Source: Oikopleura dioica (taxonomy: Eukaryota; Animalia; Chordata). From it: 64,000 nucleotides of DNA. Under the pieces are notes generated by a model, which was given only the letters and a program-made list of their open reading frames with translations, was not told the DNA's origin and searched no databases. Both the position numbers and the translations under genes were made by a program. Of this stretch, positions 34,517 to 47,318 are shown one piece after another. Positions within the stretch are counted from its first letter, which is position 1, and the number at the start of each line of letters is the position of its first letter. Where the stretch lies: assembly GCA_907165135.1 (NCBI GenBank), contig OU015570.1, forward strand, positions 1,819,929-1,883,928, read 5' to 3'.

Positions 34517-36588
34517 TGATACAGTGGCCTTCCATTAATCTGGTATTTACGCGAGTTTTTCTTGGTTTTTTCAACCTTCTTTGTCTCCATAGATTTGTTT
34601 TCTTTTCCCTTCATGTTTCCTTCATCTCCGATCTGAGCAAGTTTATTTGAGACTCGACGTATCACTTGTGATGGTTTTCGATCGCAAACAAGTTTTGGTC
34701 CTGTGTTGGTGAGCCAATCGATCTTACCAATTCTGCACTTCTTGCAGATATATTGTCATACGTGAGAGACGACTTTTCTCGGTTCAGAAGTCGTTTAAGA
34801 TCATTCTGCTGAGCGTTGATGAAAAGTTCGACCAGCATGTCTGAGTCTGACTCGGTGAGTTATTGTCTTCGTAGCTCTGGATGAACCAGTCTGTGAGTTT
34901 TGCCAAGCAGATTTCGGTTGATTCGTCTCCTCTCCGGTAGGTTCTTAATTTGTGACGATAGTGATCATTTGATCGTCCTAATATTTGAGTGAGCTTCTTT
35001 GAGATAGCTGACCAGGATACCAATTCTTCTGCTTTCAAGGCTCGTCGAATACTTATTCCACACTAATCGTTCATCATTTGAGAGTCTCAAATTGAGACAA
35101 TGATATAGCGATCAGGTCTTGCTCGGATATCTGGTTACACATCTGAAACAGTTCCATCTGCTGCAGAAATGAGTCAATGGGCAAGTCGCTGGAATATTTT
35201 CCCGGTTTGATGTTCGAGTGTCTCTTTGAGCTTAGTGTCCGCGGTAATTTGACTTTGAGTTCTCTCTATGTCGTTTCTGCTTTCGATTCGACTTTGGACG
35301 ATTGTTGCTAGGCTCCTTTTTGACTTTCTCCCGTTTGCGATCAGTATTAATAACCGTTTCGTCTGGAATCTTTAGATAGACTTCCATTACTTGATTCGGG
35401 CTCATTTATGTCGCTTTCAACTTTCATTGATGAGATCAGCGCTTGAAGAGAATCAACGGTGGAAGATGCTTGGATCTATGCGATGTTGAGTTTGTGATGC
35501 GGCTTCGCGAATTATTGAAGCTCGACATTGGACCCGTCATTGTCCTTCTGAAACTCGACCACGCCTGGTTGCGATTTGAAGACGAATTTTCTTCCCGGTG
35601 CGAAGTAGTCCGGTGCGAGATCAAGAATATTCAAAACGATACTCGATTTATCGCTTATTGGGATTTTGCATGGGTAGACCTTGTCAGGAAGAGAGTCGTA
35701 GATACGGCATTGTTCCTGGCGTGAGAGGTCCTCTGCGTTTTTGTAGTAGACCAGGGCTGCCGAATTCGGAGCATTTGCGTTTACCCGGGATTTTTTTGGC
35801 GGATCATCCGCTGATTTTCTCCGTTTCTCCGCGCTGTTCTCCGATCCTCCGATCGTCCGATTTTCTCGGCCGCGCGGATTTCCCGCGATTACCCGCTACC
35901 CTTTTTTTCTAGCCAATGAAAAGACTGCGTGAGAAAATAAATTTGCTTCGAATCGGGGCTGTGATGTGTAAATATGCGTTACTGTGAGTGGCGGAGGCTT
36001 ACGGCTCGTATGCTTGGCTGGGCTTCAATGCAGACATCTCCTCACCGCCGATGCCTCGCTCCTCACACGCTTCAAACTCTCTACCAGGCGTCTGACTCTG
36101 CAAAAGAGGCAATTACTGCTGCTATTGAAAATATAAAGACATAAAAATTATAGTTATTTGTTGTTAATTTCTTTTAAATTTGTTAGCGAAAAAACCTGTT
36201 TTTTTTCCTGAGTGAGGGCCTGTTTACTGACCTGTCTGAAAAACCTGTCCTGTCTTCCTGTGTGAAATTGGGACATTTTTTGGTCCTGTCCTGTGTACCT
36301 GTGTGAAATTGGGGCATTTAGGAGGAAAACCCTGTCCCTGTTCCTGTCCCTGACACAGGTTGCCGAGCCCAGCAAAAGAGTGGAACACCCTTTAATTTCG
36401 TCTTTTGAGCAGAAATTTCGGCGGATCATCCGCGATTCTCCGTGCCCTTTTCTCCGCTGAAAACCGGCGGATCTTACGTGAAAAAAACTGCGGATTTTCC
36501 GTGAAAAACCAACGGATCTTCCGCCGAAAAAATCGCGGGTAAACTCAAACGCTCCGAATTCAGCAGCCCTGTAGTAGACCGTTGACAT
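34517..36588 (-). pseudogene. gag: Gag of element B, interrupted by a hAT element at 35752-36571
   Basis: MSTVYYKNAEDLSRQE..IYDSLPDKVYP aligns with MGEVYFKYCLDLTSKE..IYDAHPDGNYP. SWSAISKKLTQILGRSNDHYRHKLRTYRRG aligns with element A Gag. Confidence 0.85.
35752..36571 (+). mobile_element. Internally deleted hAT element (820 bp)
   Basis: TIR CAGGGCTGCCGAATTCGGAGC / GCTCCGAATTCAGCAGCCCTG; 8-bp TSD TAGTAGAC. Confidence 0.92.
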
Positions 36589-36648
36589 GGCTTTTGTCTT
36601 GTTTACTTCGTCCGTCGAAGCAAGTGAATTAGATCGAGTGGAGGACAT

Positions 36649-36810
36649 TTAAACCCATTAGACATTTAAACCCATTGGACATTTAAACCCATCGGACATT
36701 TAAACCCATTTCAATGACTCATCAGATGGGTTTAAATGTCCAAAAGGGTTTAAATGTCTTGATGGGTTTAAATGTCTCGTTGGGTTTAAATGTCGAACTG
36801 GGTTTAAATA
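36649..36810. repeat. Palindromic array of GACATTTAAACCCAT units (also at ~40640-40805 and ~44035-44150)
   Basis: Four direct then five inverted 16-18-bp units. Confidence 0.85.
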
Positions 36811-36997
36811 TCCTGTTTGCAAATAAAAAAATATTTAAAACGAAATGTTGATTGTCAAGGTAGAAACACAAAAAGTCCCCCTTCAAAGTTTTTTGAAAAA
36901 CATTTTTAAGGACCCCCAACGTCAATTTTTTCCTTCAAAATCGAAGTTTTCGGGGCACTGAGCACGAGCACTGAGCATGCTCAGCGTCAATGCGTAA

Positions 36998-37867
36998 CCT
37001 TACGACGACAAACCGGAATTTCATCCGCCGACGACAATTGTGCCATATATAGCACATGGACTTTAATGCCATCTTTTGACCAATAGAATGCCCGAAACCA
37101 AACCTTTACCCTAACCAAAACACAGCTTGAAACCTAAACTCGAACATGAGCCTTGTGTCAATTCCAGACCAGTGACCAAATATGAATGAAACAGAACAAA
37201 GTTTGTGACCATTCGGGCATTGGGCATTTGGGCAAAACGGGCAATTTTCGGGCAAAATGCGTTCGGCCGGGCATTCGGACGGCTCAGCCCCTAAAATTTG
37301 GCCGGGCAACAGCGGGCATTTCGGACGTTCGGGCAGGTCGGTCACTTTCGGGCAATTCCGCGCTTTCGGGCAATAGGGCAAGCCAACGCCGAGGAAAATT
37401 CCTAAATTTCGCCAATTTTTGTATTCTTTACAAATAATTTCGCTCTCTTGCTCCTCTTTTTGAATCAAAAGTCCCTCGAAACTTATTTTTCTAGCCCTTA
37501 TCTATCGAAAATTATTGCCCCATTGCAAATCGATTTTCCCACTGTGCACCCCCTACCCATTTGGCATTTGAGGCACTTTGGTTACCTGCCCGACCGGGCA
37601 TTTAGGGCATTTTCGGGCATTTCGGACACTTCGGCCACTTGCCCGACCGGGCGTTTCGGGCAATTTCGGGCAATTCGGGCACCTTGGCTCGGCCGGGCAT
37701 TCGGACGGCGCGACTCTTGACCCTTGATTTCGGCCGGGCACTCGGACGGCCAACCGACGATTTCTTGCCCGAATGGTCACCCCTGGAACAAACTGAAGTG
37801 ATAGAAGAAAGAAAAATTGGGATTTAAAGATTTTTGTGCAATATATGGCACGTTTTTCGTCGTAAGG
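36998..37867. mobile_element. piggyBac-like MITE with TCGGGCA-rich interior (duplicated at ~40993-41860)
   Basis: Ends CCTTACGACGA ... TCGTCGTAAGG flanked by GTAA / TTAA. Confidence 0.6.
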
Positions 37868-38986
37868 TTAAGCTCAATGAGATATTAACGTGTTGTGCTC
37901 AGCCGTGCTCAAGCTCAGTTGAATTCAGCATTTGCGTGCTCAGCCGTGCTCATGCTCACGAATCCCTGAGATTCGTGCTAAAGTGCTCTGATCATTTCTG
38001 AGCACAAATACTTGTAAATTTCGGCCAAGTGCCCGGACCTGGACAGACCGGACTTTTGATTTTCGCCTGCTTAGAGCCCTGCTTTCAATAACTTAATCTT
38101 GGATCAGTTGGTCGATATTCTGAGCATAAGCACTGAGCATGCTCAGCGTACTCAAGCTCAGTAAAATGTTAACTGACCGTGCTCAAGCGTGCTCACGCTT
38201 AATAGAATTCGAACTACCCGTGCTCAAGCGTGCTCATGCTCAGCCGAAATTCGATAATTTCACCGGTTGAAGAGATCCTACCGACGACAATTGTGTCGTA
38301 TATGACATATTAGCTCTACCGCCTTCTAGAGGCCGTTTTATAGGCCGAACCAGAACCTTTATCCAAGCCCGAGCCGAAAACAGAATCTGCCCAGACACAT
38401 AACCAAACCCAAACTACTACCAATAAAGTCTATTGCTTCTCCGACGGAAAAAGTCCTACCGCGACAATGTGTAGTATATGAGACATTTTCAATATATTCT
38501 CTATGTCGTTTCTGCTTTCGATTCGACTTTGGACGATTGTTGCTAGGCTCCTTTTTGACTTTCATCCGTTTGCGATCAGTATTAATAACCGTTTCGTCTG
38601 GAATCTTTAGATAGACTTCCATTACTTGATTCGGGCTCATTTATGTCGCTTTCAACTTTCATTGATGAGATCAGCGCTTGAAGAGAATCAACGGTGGAAG
38701 ATGCTTGGATCTATGCGATGTTGAGTTTGTGATGCGGCTTCGCGAATTATTGAAGCTCGACATTGGACCCGTCATTGTCCTTCTGAAACTCGACCACGCC
38801 TGGTTGCGATTTGAAGACGAATTTTCTTCCCGGTGCGAAGTAGTCCGGTGCGAGATCAAGAATATTCAAAACGATACTCGATTTATCGCTTATTGGGATT
38901 TTGCATGGGTAGACCTTGTCAGGAAGAGAGTCGTAGATACGGCATTGTTCCTGGCGTGAGAGGTCCTCTGCGTTTTTGTAGTAGAC

Positions 38987-40566
38987 CAGGGCTGCCGAAT
39001 TCGGAGCATTTGCGTTTACCCGGGATTTTTGGCGGATCATCCGCTGATTTTCTCCGTTTCTCCGCGCTGTTCTCCGATCCTCCGATCGTCCGATTTTCTC
39101 GGCCGCGCGGATTTCCCGCGATTACCCGCTACCCTTTTTTCTAGCCAATGAAAAGACTGCGTGAGAAAATAAATTTGCTTCGAATCGGGGCTGTGATGTG
39201 TAAATATGCGTTACTGTGAGTGGCGGAGGCTTACGGCTCGTCTGCGCACGTGAGGGGGCCGCCTACGCAAAAAATATTCACGCGCCTGTCGAAAAAATTT
39301 GTCTGGAAAAATGTTTCTCTCGGTGGGGGATGTGCTTTACTTAGATAGGAATTGTCCTACCGGAAGTATGTCGTAAGATTAACGGGGGTTGGGTCTCGAG
39401 ATCAATTTTGAATTTCCGGAGAAAGACAAATTTGAAATTTTCTGACACCAAATATTAGGATGGAAACCCTTAAATACAGGAGACTGTCCCCAGACGCTAA
39501 TAGTACTCAATACAAACGCGGTTTTGTTCCTATCGTATTCTATTATGCACAGTTCTCTGAAAAGGGCAGTATCTCTTATTGTAGGAAAAAACGGCTGAGC
39601 TTGTGCCTGGAGCTTGTGGTTAGTCGAAGTCATCTTGCCGGTGAGATTTGGGCATTCATCGGCAGCGTAGGTTGGCAGTTGTCGTCCAATCAGAGGTGAG
39701 CTGGCATGTGAGACAGCGCGCCGAGAATGTCTAGAAACATTTGCGGCGGGCGGCGAGCGCGGGGAATAGTGACTTGGTTAGAGAGGATCTCCAACCTATT
39801 AGCGGAAGTTTGGCCGCAGAAATCGACAATTTCCGCAGTTTTAACGAGACCGACGTAAAGCTGCACATCCTTCACTGCGAAAAACTTCATCCCCGACCAC
39901 TGCCGAGCACTCGAATTTTGGCGAGTAAACGCCCAAACACTGCCCCGTCTTAGTGCCATCGGAGTGAACATGCTTAGCTCCGGAAACAGCTCATCCTCTA
40001 TGGAACGTATGCTTGGCTGGGCTTCAATGCAGACATCTCCTCACCGCCGATGCCTCGCTCCTCACACGCTTCAAACTCTCTACCAGGCGTCTGACTCTGC
40101 AAAAGAGGCAATTACTGCTGCTATTGAAAATATAAAGACATAAAAATTATAGTTATTTGTTGTTAATTTCTTTTAAATTTGTTAGCGAAAAAACCTGTTT
40201 TTCCTGAGTGAGGGCCTGTTTACTGACCTGTCTGAAAAACCTGTCCTGTCTTCCTGTGTGAAATTGGGACATTTTTTGGTCCTGTCCTGTGTACCTGTGT
40301 GAAATTGGGGCATTTAGGAGGAAAACCCTGTCCCTGTTCCTGTCCCTGACACAGGTTGCCGAGCCCAGCAAAAGAGTGGAACACCCTTTAATTTCGTCTT
40401 TTGAGCAGAAATTTCGGCGGATCATCCGCGATTCTCCGTGCCCTTTTCTCCGCTGAAAACCGGCGGATCTTACGTGAAAAAAACTGCGGATTTTCCGTGA
40501 AAAACCAACGGATCTTCCGCCGAAAAATCGCGGGTAAACTCAAACGCTCCGAATTCAGCAGCCCTG
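38987..40566 (+). mobile_element. Longer copy of the hAT element (1580 bp)
   Basis: Same TIRs and TAGTAGAC TSD as 35752-36571. Confidence 0.92.
39913..40143 (+). pseudogene. hAT transposase C-terminal dimerisation domain fragment
   Basis: EFWRVNAQTLPRLSAIGVNMLSSGNSSSSMERMLGWASMQTSPHRRCLAPHTLQTL fits the hAT pattern (WW....P.L..A...L....SS...ER.FS......R..L). Confidence 0.75.
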
Positions 40567-43500
40567 TAGTAGACCGTTGACATGGCTTTTGTCTTGTTTA
40601 CTTCGTCCGTCGAAGCAAGTGAATTAGATCGAGTGGAGGACATTTAAACCCATTAGACATTTAAACCCATTGGACATTTAAACCCATCGGACATTTAAAC
40701 CCATTTCAATGACTCATCAGATGGGTTTAAATGTCCAAAAGGGTTTAAATGTCTTGATGGGTTTAAATGTCTCGTTGGGTTTAAATGTCGAACTGGGTTT
40801 AAATATCCTGTTTGCAAATAAAAAATATTTAAAACGAAATGTTGATTGTCAAGGTAGAAACACAAAAGTCCCCCCTTCAAAGTTTTTTTGAAAAACATTT
40901 TTAAGGACCCCCAACGTCAATTTTTTCCTTCAAAATCGAAGTTTTCGGGGCACTGAGCACGAGCACTGAGCATGCTCAGCGTCAATGCGTAACCTTACGA
41001 CGACAAACCGGAATTTCATCCGCCGACGACAATTGTGCCATATATAGCACATGGACTTTAATGCCATCTTTTGACCAATAGAATGCCCGAAACCAAACCT
41101 TTACCCTAACCAAAACACAGCTTGAAACCTAAACTCGAACATGAGCCTTGTGTCAATTCCAGACCAGTGACCAAATATGAATGAAACAGAACAAAGTTTG
41201 TGACCATTCGGGCATTGGGCATTTGGGCAAAACGGGCAATTTTCGGGCAAAATGCGTTCGGCCGGGCATTCGGACGGCTCAGCCCCTAAAATTTGGCCGG
41301 GCAACAGCGGGCATTTCGGACGTTCGGGCAGGTCGGTCACTTTCGGGCAATTCCGCGCTTTCGGGCAATAGGGCAAGCCAACGCCGAGGAAAATTCCTAA
41401 ATTTCGCCAATTTTTGTATTCTTTACAAATAATTTCGCTCTCTTGCTCCTCTTTTGAATCAAAAGTCCCTCGAAACTTATTTTTCTAGCCCTTATCTATC
41501 GAAAATTATTGCCCCATTGCAAATCGATTTTCCCACTGTGCACCCCTACCCATTTGGCATTTGAGGCACTTTGGTTACCTGCCCGACCGGGCATTTAGGG
41601 CATTTTCGGGCATTTCGGACACTTCGGCCACTTGCCCGACCGGGCGTTTCGGGCAATTTCGGGCAATTCGGGCACCTTGGCTCGGCCGGGCATTCGGACG
41701 GCGCGACTCTTGACCCTTGATTTCGGCCGGGCACTCGGACGGCCAACCGACGATTTCTTGCCCGAATGGTCACCCCTGGAACAAACTGAAGTGATAGAAG
41801 AAAGAAAAATTGGGATTTAAAGATTTTTGTGCAATATATGGCACGTTTTTCGTCGTAAGGTTAAGCTCAATGAGATATTAACGTGTTGTGCTCAGCCGTG
41901 CTCAAGCTCAGTTGAATTCAGCATTTGCGTGCTCAGCCGTGCTCATGCTCACGAATCCCTGAGATTCGTGCTAAAGTGCTCTGATCATTTCTGAGCACAA
42001 ATACTTGTAAATTTCGGCCAAGTGCCCGGACCTGGACAGACCGGACTTTTGATTTTCGCCTGCTTAGAGCCCTGCTTTCAATAACTTAATCTTGGATCAG
42101 TTGGTCGATATTCTGAGCATAAGCACTGAGCATGCTCAGCGTACTCAAGCTCAGTAAAATGTTAACTGACCGTGCTCAAGCGTGCTCACGCTTAATAGAA
42201 TTCGAACTACCCGTGCTCAAGCGTGCTCATGCTCAGCCGAAATTCGATAATTTCACCGGTTGAAGAGATCCTACCGACGACAATTGTGTCGTATATGACA
42301 TATTAGCTCTACCGCCTTCTAGAGGCCGTTTTATAGGCCGAACCAGAACCTTTATCCAAGCCCGAGCCGAAAACAGAATCTGCCCAGACACATAACCAAA
42401 CCCAAACTACTACCAATAAAGTCTATTGCTTCTCCGACGGAAAAAGTCCTACCGCGACAATGTGTAGTATATGAGACATTTTCAATATATTCGTGTGTCG
42501 TATATGGGCCATATTATATGGCCCATATAATATAATAAATACAATATGGCACACGTGTAACGATGCGAAATTCGCTATTCTGATACATTTGTAGCGAAGC
42601 ATCGCTCATTTAGAGCATATCACGTGAAAGCTTAGCGAAAAGTAGGGGTATAAGGCGGGGTCGACGAAATTCTTAGACCAAGTTAAGGACCCCCGTCAAG
42701 TTTGACGATTTTCGGTTATAGATTCTCTGAATTCTGAGGATCATTTTTCCATTATCGCATAATTCAAAATCGACTCTTACACCCTTAAAATCGACCTAAA
42801 TAATCGTTATTTCGCAAAATTGGGCTTTTCGCAAAATTTGGCCATTTTCCAGCTGGTAAGCAACCTTATATCCCTTTTTTCGTAGTGAACCCCTTAGGAG
42901 AACCCCTTTACTTATCATAATTCTTATTTTGCGCCCTCAACAGAGGTCTAAGCTAGATTCCGAGCATTAAAAAATTATAAACTTAAGTAATCACCCCCGA
43001 TTTTTCAAAACCTTGGCACGGGTCATTATCCCCTATTATTATATTCCTCGTGTTCTGAGGATCATTTTGATATATGATAGTACCCCTTTACATAAATACA
43101 TCCCCAAAATTTTGGCGCCCAAAGTTCGGGAAAATGCATGTAAATTGTACTTCGCGTGAAAATTGCAATTTTTTTCGATTTTTCACTGTCATCGAAATAG
43201 GACAAATAAGGGGTCTATTGAAAGCTTAGAATGTGTAGATTACGAAAATAATAACCGCACTAGAATTTTCGGCCAATTGTTGGCGCTCATTAAAAACGAG
43301 CTTTTAAATGAGCTACTAACCAGCCTCACACGTATGACCAGAAAAAAGTTGATACGGGTCAAAGTTCGGGAAATCGGGGGATCCCTTAAGGTCGTCTATC
43401 CGTTTTTGAAAAAATTAACCTATTGTAGCGACACCCTTAAAAAGTACGCAAGCAATCTCATCTATCTGGCGCCCTAGATCAACTATCGCCGATAGTCTTT

Positions 43501-45393
43501 TCGATTGACTCTATCGGGCTACATCGTCAGCAATTTTAAGGGTATCACTCTAAAATCACTGTTTGAAAAAGTTATTCCCACTTGACTGTCCAAAACATTT
43601 TCTTTTTGATTTTAACTAAACAAATTACGCTCTTTCAAATGCCGTTCACCGTTTTTCTCTAGCATTCGGCGCTCGAAAAATCGATTTTTTGGTACTTTTG
43701 ACGGTCTGAAAATATTTTGTATTGTATTTATTTCAAGTAAAGCTTTCGGTAAGAAATTACTATCATCAGTACTAAAAGGTCTGAAAATAGTACTTTTTTT
43801 CCAAAATTTTCGCGTTATTTCTTCGCCAAAAAATTTCAAATCATGTCAACTCCATCATATCAAAAAATCAACGTAAATGGCCTTATAGATAAAAAGCTCG
43901 TTTTTTGTGCGGCCATCCTTAATATGAGTTACGGGCGTTTGAAACCTTTTGTGTCATATATGACACGCTTGTCGTCGTAAGGTTAAAGAAGGAACAAAGA
44001 GTTTTTGATAAAGAGATATAGAGATGATAAAGAGATATTTAAACCCATCAAGACATTTAAACCCATTTCGATGACTCATTTATTGGGTTTAAATGTCCAC
44101 ATGGGTTTAAATGTCCAATGGGTTTAAATGTCTAATGGGTTTAAATGTCCTCCACTCCCTGATCTAATTGATTGTGCTCAGTCAAGCCCCTTAAACTTAA
44201 AAAATCATTGAAGAATGTGCCCGTCATAATAATGATTTTTGACTAGAATTGCATTTCGCACTTTTTCATAAAAAATCGCAGAATTCTCCGCAGTTTCTAC
44301 TTATTTTCCGCAGTTCCGCAGAAAATCGCAGAATTTTCCGCAGTTTTCTATTCTTTACGCTGTTCGCAGAAAATCGCAGTCTGCGTCGCACTGCGAAGAG
44401 AAAATTTTGGATCTCGCAGTTCGCACCGCCGAAAATCCTCGAAAAAAAATCGCAGTTCGCACCGCATCGCAGTCGAAAATTTTGGAAAATGTACATCCCT
44501 GGTCGCAACATGTTACTACGTTTCCAACTCTGGACCAAAAACCCCAACCCATCGACCAACTAAGAGAACGGACGGAATCTACACAGAAAAGGGACCTATT
44601 TTACATAGAATACGGACTTATTTTACATAGCCTATGTAACATAGGTCATCAACGATTTTCTATTTTTCTGTGTAAAATAAGTCCCAATCTTATGTAAAAT
44701 AAGTCCTTGTTCTGTGTAAAATGAGTCCGTTTTACTTGACAATACCCAGTCCGATCACATGCACTCACGGGCAAGGGGCGAGCATGGGAGGAGGGCGGGC
44801 GAGCGGGGGCGCATGAGCGGTACGTGCGCGTGCGAGCAGTATAAGGCCTGATTTTTTGATGGGCGGATGGGCGGGGGCAAAATTTGTCAAAATTTTAGGT
44901 GGTCGGATGGACGAGCGCGCCCGCCCGCGCCCCGCTCGCCCGCTCGCAGCCCGCGCACATTCTTTTTTCAAACACTGGTATTTATCTCGAGGAAAAGAGT
45001 AAACTTTATTAGAGCTTTTTTAACCACAGGGTAAAATAGAGTGGTGTTGAATGCCTTGCGGCGCGCAGTTTTATAGGGTGAGACGTGGGCTCTTTGGCGC
45101 CCAACGATATGTCTCAGAACGGAAATGGGGTGAGTCGTACCAGAAGTCTCTGTGAGCAGTAATTTCGGAAGAGTAAAGACCTCACACAATCCTTCCCCTT
45201 TTATTAGAGCATTAGTTCTGGGTTTGATTATCCTCTTGACCAAGCTCGTCGAAGAGTTGTGAGAGTCCGCCTTGACGTGGATCATCTCCAACGCCTAGAA
45301 GCCAATCCATGAATTCTTGATTTGGTTAGAAAGAAAGGTCAGCATCAGAAATCGGGAGTAGCGACATGACGTCATCTTCGTTGGGTACAGTGA

Positions 45394-47318
45394 CACTTTA
45401 CCCAGCTGATTTTACGCTTGACACAAGACAAAATTATTCAATTTCACAATAAAACCAATCGAAAGGTTAAAATTTCTCTTTACTTTTCTACAGACACATC
45501 ATGATGAGCATCTGATTCCAAATTATTGCTCAGATGAGCTCGTGAAAAAGTATCTTGAAGATTCTTAGAAATGAGATCTTCCTCCTGAAAAATAATTTCA
45601 AATATTGAGGCTGAATGGGGGTCAAGCACAATTAATAAGAGTCGATGATTTCATTTTTCAATTTTTGAGATTTTCTACCCTCGATTTTCCTAGTTTGGTA
45701 CGAATCCTGGTTTGGTACAGATCATGGTTTGGTGTGATTTTGAAATTCGTACCAAACCAGGATTCGAACCAAACCATGATTCGTGTCAAACCAGGATTCG
45801 TACCAAACCAGGAAACACCTGCATAGCCCCGATGTATATAGCGCTCCGTCGTGAAATTTGTCGCCCACGGTATAATTTTATCATTTTTACCCTGACTTCA
45901 CAAGTATAACATAAAATATAATATACGGTATATTATATACCGATGAAACCGGTATATATTTTTTATTTTCTGCTCTCACCTACCAGGGTTAATAAATATA
46001 TTCGAGATTGATTCCCGTGTGCCCAGAGTTCGAAATCTGAAAGAAAATGGCGAGTGCCACTGCCAAGCGACCAAACGGTAGCATGCTACCATTGCTACCA
46101 CTTTTGGTAGCAAATGGTCGCAGGTAGCAATGTCATCAGAGCTGGTAGCAACTGGTAGCAAATGGTCTCCTATAAAGTCAAACTAGATTTCTTCGAAGCT
46201 AATAAACACTTTTCAGTCCCGAAAGAGACGTTTAACTTAGTGAGAGGATAGAAAATCGTCTTTTCCGATGAATCTTTGTATCAAGTGTATTCTCGTCATA
46301 TTGCATTGAATCTTCTCTTTTATCCTGTTTTAGATGGTAAGCGGACATTATAAACAAACGGACATTATAAACAAACGGACATTATAAACAAAACGGACAT
46401 TATAAACATTTTTTAATTTATGAAAATCAGAACGGACATTATAAACAAACAGACATTATAATTTATAATTTATAAACAAAATAAAAAATGTATATAATGT
46501 CTGTTTGTTTATACAGTCAGAGTCCAAAATAAGGGACTTTTTGCTCCAAAATTTTCGAAAAAGTCCCTTAAATTGGGTCATCAAAGCAAAAATATGTCGC
46601 TGCCAAATTTTTCAAAGTATATTTTTGCGGCAAAATAAGCTGAAGTCATTGTTTTTGTGGCTTTTATGACATTTTTGAAAGAGGAAACCATATACTCAAA
46701 AGAAAATCACTTCAGTTTGCGGGAAAACTGATTAAAATCAAGGTTATTGATACCATTTATTGGCTCTGAGCTAACCGAAAGAGCTTACTAATCTCAGAAA
46801 GTCCCTTAAATTCGATTTTTTCTGCCGCTGATTTTCGGCATTTTGAGCCAAAAGTCCCTTATCTTGGTGTCCCTTATTTTGGACTCCGACTAGTAATGTC
46901 CGTTTTGTTTATAATGTCCGTTGTAACTTTCAGAAATTCAAGAAATGTTTATAATGTCCCTTTTGTTTATAATGTCCGTTTGCAATTTCGGAATTGAAAT
47001 TTTCGGAAACATTTTTTATTTTGTATATAATGTCCGTTTGTATATAATGTCCGTTTTGTTAATAATATCCGTTCTGATTTTTATAAATTAAAAAATGTTT
47101 ATAATGTCCGTTTTGTTGATAATGTCCGTTTGTTTATGTCTGTTTGTTTATAATGTCCGTTAACCGTTCTAGATGAAAACTTGTTTTTTTCACTGAAATA
47201 AACAAATGTTGTCAACTCATGATTCTAGACTCTTTGATATTTAGTAATTATTATTGAATGCATGTCATAAAGCATATAAGCATGGCAAAAAGAGCTCGAT
47301 TAGCTGTGGTTAACGCCT
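45394..47318 (-). repeat. Right arm of the inverted duplication of 18726-20573
   Basis: Reverse complement match, with ~90 extra bp in the ATAATGTCCG repeat block. Confidence 0.92.

Larger units (their letters stand above)
35263..42492 (+). repeat. Tandem duplication: copy 1 35263-38497, copy 2 38498-42492 (copy 2 has ~770 extra bp at 39241-40008)
   Basis: Near-identical sequence and duplicated ORF translations; differences are mostly homopolymer indels. Confidence 0.92.

Noticed and set aside
18726-47318. Polinton/Maverick or endogenous virus defined by the long inverted repeats
   Set aside because: No protein-primed polymerase, capsid, ATPase or matching termini/TSD were seen; the interior is explained by other elements.
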